NCBI GenBank assembly: GCA_964447495.1
Contig: CAYUTF010000004.1
Coordinates: 13,438-77,437 of the forward strand
Direction of reading: 5' to 3'
DNA: 64,000 nucleotides
Source: an uncultured archaeon
GTDB taxonomy: Archaea; Asgardarchaeota; Lokiarchaeia; Sigyniarchaeales; SOKP01
Every line of letters begins with the position of its first letter. Position 1 is the first letter of the stretch. The notes under the pieces are model-generated. The model saw nothing but the letters and a program-made list of their open reading frames with translations. It did no database searches and had not been told where the DNA came from. The position numbers were made by a program, and so were the translations under genes. Below, piece by piece: positions 9,184 to 16,509 of this stretch.

Positions 9184-10149
9184 TCATAGATTAAAGATAT
9201 TTCCGGTATTATATATTGTTCCGTCCAATTCTAATTCAATTTGTCCTCCCGATGCGATCTTAATTGCAGAACTAATCCCTTCTAATACATTATTCATCAT
9301 AAAATCATATGCTTTGAAGCAATCTTTTAGTTGTTCACTTTGATTTTCCAAAAGGCATTTAGAAATTGCAGGAATAAGTTCTGGAATGAAATCTTGGCTA
9401 ATCATAATCTCCTCTGAATCGACCAGGGTTTCTCTTGAAATAGAAAAAGGATTTTGGACATCAATCTTTGCCAGCATCACTTTACATACAAATAGTGAGG
9501 CTTTAATCTCCCTCATTATGAATTTTATTCGGTTTTTATCATCTAAGTATTTTTTAAAGGTCAAAGCTTGTATTATGTCATCATTAGTGATGGTATCTTT
9601 TGTATCCAATAATTTACTTACTCGCTCCGAGACTCTCTTCGTTGAAAGCATTAGTTTTAAATTCATGGTATTTTTTTCTGTATAATCCTTGTGAAAAGCT
9701 GAAAGGAAGGACCTATACCCTTCATCTTGGGACTTATCCAATTGAAATCTCTTTTCCTTAAATTTATCCATAAAATCTTTTATAATGAGAAATTTCAATT
9801 TTAATCGATGTAGGGCAAGATAGAGGCACATTCTTGTTTTCGTATATGCTACAACGTTTCCCATCCTGAATCTGTCGTGATGATCTCTTTCGTACATCAC
9901 TATAGGCTTTAATCTGTTTACCACTACATCAATGAAATATTCGATTATTCTTTCTAATGGTTCAACATCTACTACTTTAAAAACTTCTATAAGTGATTGA
10001 CTAGTAGGTTGAGATTTTGGGATTTCTTTAATCATATCATAATTATATCGTTCTAATAAGAGAGAAGTTAAAGCTTCCATTTCTAGAACGGTCCTACAGG
10101 GAACAAAAACTTTATTAATATCATTTAGAATAACACTACTTTCTGGCAT
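9184..10149 (-). CDS. Hypothetical protein (321 aa), no recognisable domain; divergent from the Dna2-like/Mre11/Rad50 operon
   Basis: Long uninterrupted ORF with protein-like, mostly helical-looking composition. No motif recognised. It shares its first 13 nt (ATGCCAGAAAGTA, MPES) with the divergent gene at 10445. Confidence 0.6.
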   Translation of the reverse strand: MPESSVILNDINKVFVPCRTVLEMEALTSLLLERYNYDMIKEIPKSQPTSQSLIEVFKVVDVEPLERIIEYFIDVVVNRLKPIVMYERDHHDRFRMGNVVAYTKTRMCLYLALHRLKLKFLIIKDFMDKFKEKRFQLDKSQDEGYRSFLSAFHKDYTEKNTMNLKLMLSTKRVSERVSKLLDTKDTITNDDIIQALTFKKYLDDKNRIKFIMREIKASLFVCKVMLAKIDVQNPFSISRETLVDSEEIMISQDFIPELIPAISKCLLENQSEQLKDCFKAYDFMMNNVLEGISSAIKIASGGQIELELDGTIYNTGNIFNL

Positions 10150-10444
10150 AATGAATCAGACTATAAAATCATTAATCTTTGAATTTCACGATTCATTGAA
10201 TTGAATCTTAAATTAATTTAATATCAATGGTTATTATCAAACACTATGTAATAAAATTTTACTTTCATTTAGAGTATTCTTTAGAGAATAATGAGCTTGC
10301 TTAGTTAGTTTTATGATATCTTTTAATAATTAAATAATTATTAAATTTATTTAAAAGGAATTAAGTTTATTAGTAAACTGAATACGCCTATTATTTTATA
10401 AAGTTTATCAAATTAACTTCACAATAAAAATCTCAGGTTGGCAT
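10150..10444. promoter_or_regulatory. Divergent promoter/control region between the orphan gene and the Dna2-like operon
   Basis: 295-bp very AT-rich spacer between two divergently oriented starts. Multiple TATA-like tracts. Short palindromes TATTCT-ttag-AGAATA (10275-10290) and GATTCA-n6-TGAATC (10190-10207). No transcription start can be called from sequence alone. Confidence 0.4.
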
Positions 10445-13400
10445 ATGCCAGAAAGTAATTTTTCTAAAACCCTACTGCAGAGCTATATCATTACCAATTG
10501 TAAAAGACGTTTATTTTTAGAGTTGGGGAGAAATCAACCGCAACTTTGGTTTGATCCTGTAAGAGATGTTCCCTCTAAACCCCCAGAGCGGTTGTTATTT
10601 CAGAAAAAATATTTAGTAGATAATGGGAAAAAATTTGAAAAGGAAGTATATTCATATCTCAAAAATTTAAAAAATACTAAATATAAAATCAGTGATAATG
10701 GCAATATCACAAATTCTGCTTTAAATAAGGAATTTTTAATCCAGTGTCATGATTTTTTGAAAAATAATCAAGATCAGATATTGATGTTGCTAGAATTTCA
10801 ATATAATATTCCACAATCATTTTTTTTTGATATTTTTCCTTCTAGATCTGGAATTAAATCTATTCCAGTTGATTATGCTGATCTCAGACCAGATATTATC
10901 TTATTAGGTAATGATATTAATAGATATGTCGAAGAAGTGTTTGAAATAACTCATGAAGGTTTAATTCACAAAGTGAGCCAATCTGATTTAAACATAAGGA
11001 TAGGAATTTCGATTTTTGATATAAAATTTATTCAAGATGAACATGTTAGCAAAAAGCACTTTTTAGAAGTATTTTATTATTTGAAGGCTCTTGCTATACA
11101 ACTTAGAGAATTGAATCTTCACGAACAATTTTATATAAGAGCCAATTTAAATGGTATTTTTCCTCTACCTGGAGATAAGAAATTAGGTGATATTCATATA
11201 ATTCAAGATCTTTTTGAAAAATCATTTGTAAATATTATTAAGTGGCGGGAAGCAGATCGTATATTTTCACGAGTGATGGATACAATAAGGACATTATGGT
11301 TAAATTCGCCTTGTCCTATTGAACAAATCGATATCAATATTCACCAAGGGTGTGGATATTGTCAATATATAGAAGACTGTAAAATAACTTTAGGAATGGG
11401 AGAGGATAATGATCCAAAAGAATGGTCCTCTCGATTACTACCATTTACTTCTCAATCTATTGCCCAACAGTTGATAGAGGAATATAATTGTAATACTATT
11501 GGAGATGTATTAAATAAAATAGATGATATTAAAATCGGTACCATTCCAAAACCATTATACTCTGAATTACCCACTCTTAAAATGAAAGCGGAGGCTATTG
11601 TAAATAATAGAACTGTCTTTCCGTCAGCAGGACAAACACATTCTTATGCCATACCTCGCTACTCTCCGATTGCGATTAATTTTGATGTAGAATATGATAG
11701 GAATAATGACAAGATTTTTGCTATAGGTATTTATTTAAAGATTTTTATCCATTCTAAACTGAGTTATCATGCAATTTTTGATAATTGGTGGAGAGTTTGG
11801 AAAAATTCTTTAACCAAAAAAAGTTCTCCAGCTGAGATTCAAAAGGAATTAAATCAATACCTTATTCGAGAGATTCCTTTAGAAATAGTTGAGCGTTTTT
11901 TAAAAAATCTTTCCATATTAAAATCAATTCAGATATATTTAAGAGGAGAAAAGTCAAAAGAAGGGACAATTATACACTATAACTTTGCCAGAATAAATAA
12001 AGACAATATAAAAGACAGTGAAGCAAAATTAATTGTAAATGCCATACATCGGTTTAATATAATTTTGGAAATTTGTAATATTCTTGAAGATTTTATTGTT
12101 ATTGATGACCAATATGGAAGATATTTTGGTCCTGACACTAGTATATTCTATTGGTCACGAAACCAATTAGATCATTTTCAAGATATGATGGAACGTCACT
12201 TAGATTACATTTTAAGCAAACAAGAAGCACGTGAAGCCTATCAATCAATATTAATGTATTTTACTCCTTCAGATAGTGAGGTAAGTCACCCTTACCAGCA
12301 TAAAAAATTATTTGATGTCCAAGCATTTGTAGATTCGTTTATAGGATTTCCAGATATAATTAATTATACATGGCATGGTATAGCTGAAAGGTTGTTTAAT
12401 TATCATAGTCATCCAAAATATTGGATTCCGCATTTCAATTTTTTAGATCTAACTAATTGGTTAAAATATCTTTCTAAGACAGATAAGTTGGATAAATTGA
12501 AAATAGAGAATGAGATTAAACATCAAATAGTTATGAAACTTAACTTCATCAATAGAATTAGAGAGCATTTCCAAAGAGAAGGACGTTATAATTTATCTAA
12601 AAATGCAAGGGTAATTAGTAAATCTCAATATGGAAGTGCGATATTACCTTATTTCTATCACGATATTGCTCATGTATGGTATCTCTTTTCAAAATTGAAT
12701 AACGCCTTACAACAACAGGATGATGAATATTATCGAACGATCTTTCCTCAATTTAGTATAGGTAAGTTATTTTCAGCACGAGTAAATAAACTTGAATTAC
12801 ATGATTCATCAGGTAAGACGAAATATTATACTTTTGAAACAAGAGATTTATCCAGTAATATGAAAATAAGTGAAGGTGACGTTGTATTATTAATTCCAAA
12901 CTTCAAACGTGGGATGAAACTAGACAAACAAATTTTTAAGTGGCAAATATATATTGAAAAAATAACATGGGATAATTCTATCAATGGAAATCGCATAACT
13001 ACCAAACCTACTTATAGTAATATATTTGAACAATGCGAAGCAGAAGATATAGATCCTAAAACTCAGCAATGGTACCTTTATCCTATAAGTTCTGACAATT
13101 GGTCGAATAAACTTCACAAACCTAATAACACAGGCTTATTAGAACGTGAAGGATTTGGACGTTCCTGGTTAGGATTTCGACTCGCTTATTTATGGGGCAT
13201 ACGTACTGATCCTACTTTACTTTGGCCTCCAAAATGGGATTATTCTACTCCAGTAATTTATTTTTTTGCTCCGGAATTATTGATGCATTTTTCGAATTCA
13301 TTTCAAAATGAACTTTCAACTCCTATATATCCTATCCCCGATCCTTCTCAAAAAGAAGCAATTATAAATTCCTTAAATCATGTTATTTCTGGAATTCTTG

Positions 13401-14917
13401 GTCCTCCTGGCACTGGAAAATCACAAACTATAGCTGCTTTAATTGATGAGTTTATAATCCGCAAGAAAAAAGAAAAAAAACCGTTCAAAATATTAGTTAC
13501 ATCATTTTCTTATGCAGCACTTCGCGTTGTTATTGAAAAAATAAGAACAGGGAGAACTATAAATAATACAACTACAGAATCCTCAAAAATACAGATGGTA
13601 TTTTTGCGATCGGAAACACAAGACCCTATTGAATCAAAAAGAGGGAGTAGATATATTGATGATTTACTCAGAACGGGAACATCATGGAAGTTGAATGGAG
13701 AAAGTCGTATTGTAACTCCTAAAAATTCTTTAGAACAATCATTAGAAGAATCATTTATCCTTTTTACAAATGCACATCATTTGTATTATTTACATGAGCG
13801 AGTAGAAGATGATTTTGCTTTTGATTTAATCTGTGTAGATGAGGCAAGTCAATTACCCACTGATTATTTCATGTCAAGTTTATTATATATCCATAAATTT
13901 AATTTGAATCTGAAAAAGCCAGAAAATCTTGACATTACTTTTAATCATGATGTTAAGAATAAAGAGGATGTTATTAATCTTCAAATCGATAAAAGTTCGA
14001 TTTCGTTTGGAATTGAAGACCTCACAAAAATTGTAATTGTAGGAGATCATAATCAGTTACCCCCAGTGAGGGTGAAAAATCCACCAAAAAATTTGGAACT
14101 TATTCTTGATAGTCTTTTTAGTTATTATATTAAAGGACATAAAATATCAAAAAAACAACTTAAGATTAATTATCGCTCACACCAAGATATTGTATCTTTT
14201 ACTTCACTATTGGGGCTTTACAAGAATATTAAACCCTACAAATCTAATGCGTCAAGAGTCTTGGAAGGAAATCTAAATAATATGAAACTTTCATGGGTTA
14301 AAGAAGTATTGTCACCCGAAAGAGTTGTTTGTTCCCTAATTCATAATCGTAAGTTTGAAATCGGGATTAGTGAATTTGAAGCAGATTTAGTATGTGAATT
14401 AGTATCGGGATTCTTTGATATGATAAAACCTCAAAGTATTAAAGAGGAAAAAAAATTTTGGGCGGAACGCATAGGAGTCGTAGCGCCCCATAATGCCCAA
14501 GGGCGGGCAATCATTAGGAAAATATTTACAAAATTTCAGGAAAGAACGTATTTAACTGATGCCCGATTAATGGAATATCTTAAAAGTACTATCTATTCAG
14601 TAGAAAAATTTCAGGGTTCTGATCGAGATTTAATAATTACCTCAATTGGATTATCAGATGAAGATAAAATAAGTACTGAAGAGGATTTTATTTTTAATTT
14701 GAATCGATTCAATGTCTTGACATCTAGAGCTAAAAATAAAATTATTTTTATTTCCAGTGATAAATTTTTGCAATATATTCCTGAAGATAGAAAAGCACTG
14801 GAAAATGCGTCTAAAGTGTATCTATATGCAGAAGATTTTTGCAATCAACAAATTCTTCTCACCGTAAAGAATGAAAAGAATGAAAATGAACAAATCATAT
14901 TTAAGTATAAAAATTAA
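10445..14917 (+). CDS. Dna2-like multidomain nuclease-helicase: Cas4/AddB/Dna2-type Fe-S PD-(D/E)XK nuclease + HhH + RNase H-like (TM0106-family-like) domain + beta-barrel + Upf1/Dna2-type SF1B helicase
   Basis: Cys19 plus C303-x2-C306-x5-C312 (CGYCQYIEDC). Nuclease motifs RPD150 and FD192-I-K194, then EVFYY. HhH-like residues 331-357. FD414-V-E416 exonuclease-like DxE. ISEGDVVLLIP barrel. Helicase motifs GPPGTGKS (13400-13423), VDEASQ (13835-13852), VGDHNQLPPV, YRSH, APHNAQ, KFQGSDRD and NVLTSRAK. Confidence 0.8.
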   Translation: MPESNFSKTLLQSYIITNCKRRLFLELGRNQPQLWFDPVRDVPSKPPERLLFQKKYLVDNGKKFEKEVYSYLKNLKNTKYKISDNGNITNSALNKEFLIQCHDFLKNNQDQILMLLEFQYNIPQSFFFDIFPSRSGIKSIPVDYADLRPDIILLGNDINRYVEEVFEITHEGLIHKVSQSDLNIRIGISIFDIKFIQDEHVSKKHFLEVFYYLKALAIQLRELNLHEQFYIRANLNGIFPLPGDKKLGDIHIIQDLFEKSFVNIIKWREADRIFSRVMDTIRTLWLNSPCPIEQIDINIHQGCGYCQYIEDCKITLGMGEDNDPKEWSSRLLPFTSQSIAQQLIEEYNCNTIGDVLNKIDDIKIGTIPKPLYSELPTLKMKAEAIVNNRTVFPSAGQTHSYAIPRYSPIAINFDVEYDRNNDKIFAIGIYLKIFIHSKLSYHAIFDNWWRVWKNSLTKKSSPAEIQKELNQYLIREIPLEIVERFLKNLSILKSIQIYLRGEKSKEGTIIHYNFARINKDNIKDSEAKLIVNAIHRFNIILEICNILEDFIVIDDQYGRYFGPDTSIFYWSRNQLDHFQDMMERHLDYILSKQEAREAYQSILMYFTPSDSEVSHPYQHKKLFDVQAFVDSFIGFPDIINYTWHGIAERLFNYHSHPKYWIPHFNFLDLTNWLKYLSKTDKLDKLKIENEIKHQIVMKLNFINRIREHFQREGRYNLSKNARVISKSQYGSAILPYFYHDIAHVWYLFSKLNNALQQQDDEYYRTIFPQFSIGKLFSARVNKLELHDSSGKTKYYTFETRDLSSNMKISEGDVVLLIPNFKRGMKLDKQIFKWQIYIEKITWDNSINGNRITTKPTYSNIFEQCEAEDIDPKTQQWYLYPISSDNWSNKLHKPNNTGLLEREGFGRSWLGFRLAYLWGIRTDPTLLWPPKWDYSTPVIYFFAPELLMHFSNSFQNELSTPIYPIPDPSQKEAIINSLNHVISGILGPPGTGKSQTIAALIDEFIIRKKKEKKPFKILVTSFSYAALRVVIEKIRTGRTINNTTTESSKIQMVFLRSETQDPIESKRGSRYIDDLLRTGTSWKLNGESRIVTPKNSLEQSLEESFILFTNAHHLYYLHERVEDDFAFDLICVDEASQLPTDYFMSSLLYIHKFNLNLKKPENLDITFNHDVKNKEDVINLQIDKSSISFGIEDLTKIVIVGDHNQLPPVRVKNPPKNLELILDSLFSYYIKGHKISKKQLKINYRSHQDIVSFTSLLGLYKNIKPYKSNASRVLEGNLNNMKLSWVKEVLSPERVVCSLIHNRKFEIGISEFEADLVCELVSGFFDMIKPQSIKEEKKFWAERIGVVAPHNAQGRAIIRKIFTKFQERTYLTDARLMEYLKSTIYSVEKFQGSDRDLIITSIGLSDEDKISTEEDFIFNLNRFNVLTSRAKNKIIFISSDKFLQYIPEDRKALENASKVYLYAEDFCNQQILLTVKNEKNENEQIIFKYKN

Positions 14918-14926
14918 GGTATCATC

Positions 14927-16498
14927 ATGAGTTCTGTAAAGTTTTTACATTTAGCAGACATTCACTTAGGAAAAAAACAATACAATATTTTACAAAGATA
15001 TTTTGATTATTTTGAAGCCTTCCGATCAGTATTACATAAAGCAATTGAACAAGAAGTAGATTTTATTCTAATAAGTGGAGATTTAATTGATAGTGATGAA
15101 GGTGTAAATCCTTCTATGTTAAGAGAGATTATTAATATTCTTACTTCTTTTAAAACTGAATGTATCAAAAATCTACAAAGAGAAATACCAATAATATGTA
15201 TTGAAGGAAATCATGAAAATCCTCTTTTCTCTGATCTTACTTGGTTAAAACTAGTGGCAGATTTAGATTTTATAATTTTACTATCAGGAGATTACGATAA
15301 TAAAAAAAATCAAATTTCTTTTGAAGAATATTCCTCTACTGCGCATTCGGGTGGTAAGATTGTAATTAAAAATTGTAGTATTTATGGATTGAACTATTTT
15401 GGTAGTGCTACTTCTGATTTACTCCCTCTTTTGGAAAATGCTATTTCGAGGAATGAAAATACTTTTAATATTTTAATGATGCATTTTGGTATTACTAATT
15501 ACGATGATAAGAAAACGGGGATAAATTATTCTCCTATTCTTGAAAAGTTACATCAATCAATTGATTATTTAGCATTAGGGCACTTCCATAAGCAATATAG
15601 TATACCGGACCGTCAACCATGGATTTTTAATCCGGGAAGTCTGGAAGTGAATGAGGTCTCTGAAACCTTTCAGGAAAGAGGAGCATTTCTGATTGAAGTC
15701 TTAGACAATAAGAAAATGCAAGTGAGAAGATTACTATGCGTTGAAGGAAATACAATGGAACGTCTTTCAATTCCTAATCGAAGGTTCATGGTTTTGAAAT
15801 ATCTTTCGATTGAAGGGCTTAATTCATTCCATGAAGCTCAAGATTACATTATTAGAGAATTAACTAAGTATGGTGTACCTCTTAAATCAAATCAAACTCT
15901 TGAAAAAACAAACTTAGATAAACCCATTCTCTACTTTGCTGTTGGAGGAGTAATTAGCTATTCACAATTAGAAGTGGATTTAACTTCACTCAGAAATAGA
16001 ATTAATGAAAAATTTGATATTTTAGGATTAAAATTAAGCAACAGACTAATTTCTAGTATGGACCAAGAAATAGCCTTTGACAAGGATTTAAGTGTGGAAG
16101 ATATTGAAAAAGAGATATTCCTCGGAACACTTGATTTAGAAAAGCGTTTTAAACCCTTTAAAGGACAGATATATGATATATTTCAAAATTTAAAAACGCA
16201 ATTAGGTGGGAAAATAAATTATAAGAAGATAAAAAGTCAAGTAGAATTATGGATTGTTTCTGATAAGGACATCTTCAATCAATTCTTATCTGAAATTAAA
16301 CATAAAAATGCTCTGACAGAAAAAAAAGAAGAACAGATTTCGCCTAAAAAAAAAGATAGAAAAAAGAAAAACCAAAAAATTTTAAAAGGTGAGGAAGAGA
16401 AGGAAGAAGAACAAGATCTAAGTGATATTGATTACAATGACTTATTCGATGGGGAGGATATTGATGATTTAATTGATGATGAGGATTTAGATTTATAA
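14927..16498 (+). CDS. mre11: Mre11 double-strand-break repair nuclease with Lys-rich then strongly acidic C-terminal tail
   Basis: Phosphoesterase motifs LADIHLG, SGDLIDS, EGNHENP, MHFG and LGHFH. The N-terminal about 100 aa read like archaeal Mre11. Start is 9 nt after the upstream stop, with AGGT upstream. Confidence 0.85.
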   Translation: MSSVKFLHLADIHLGKKQYNILQRYFDYFEAFRSVLHKAIEQEVDFILISGDLIDSDEGVNPSMLREIINILTSFKTECIKNLQREIPIICIEGNHENPLFSDLTWLKLVADLDFIILLSGDYDNKKNQISFEEYSSTAHSGGKIVIKNCSIYGLNYFGSATSDLLPLLENAISRNENTFNILMMHFGITNYDDKKTGINYSPILEKLHQSIDYLALGHFHKQYSIPDRQPWIFNPGSLEVNEVSETFQERGAFLIEVLDNKKMQVRRLLCVEGNTMERLSIPNRRFMVLKYLSIEGLNSFHEAQDYIIRELTKYGVPLKSNQTLEKTNLDKPILYFAVGGVISYSQLEVDLTSLRNRINEKFDILGLKLSNRLISSMDQEIAFDKDLSVEDIEKEIFLGTLDLEKRFKPFKGQIYDIFQNLKTQLGGKINYKKIKSQVELWIVSDKDIFNQFLSEIKHKNALTEKKEEQISPKKKDRKKKNQKILKGEEEKEEEQDLSDIDYNDLFDGEDIDDLIDDEDLDL

Positions 16499-16509
16499 GG
16501 TGAAAAAGA

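Noticed and set aside
9386-9685. 99-aa plus-strand ORF inside the 321-aa orphan gene, and similar shadow ORFs in the repair operon (12920-13117, 14611-14844, 18588-18881).
   Set aside because: They are much shorter than the opposing ORFs, rich in Ser/Phe/Ile/Leu as expected for antisense K/E-rich coding DNA, and lack upstream signals.
16318-16400. Long A-runs in the Mre11 tail coding region, considered as a programmed frameshift or slippage site.
   Set aside because: The zero frame continues cleanly to a stop 11 nt before the coupled rad50 start. No alternative-frame ORF of any length is opened.
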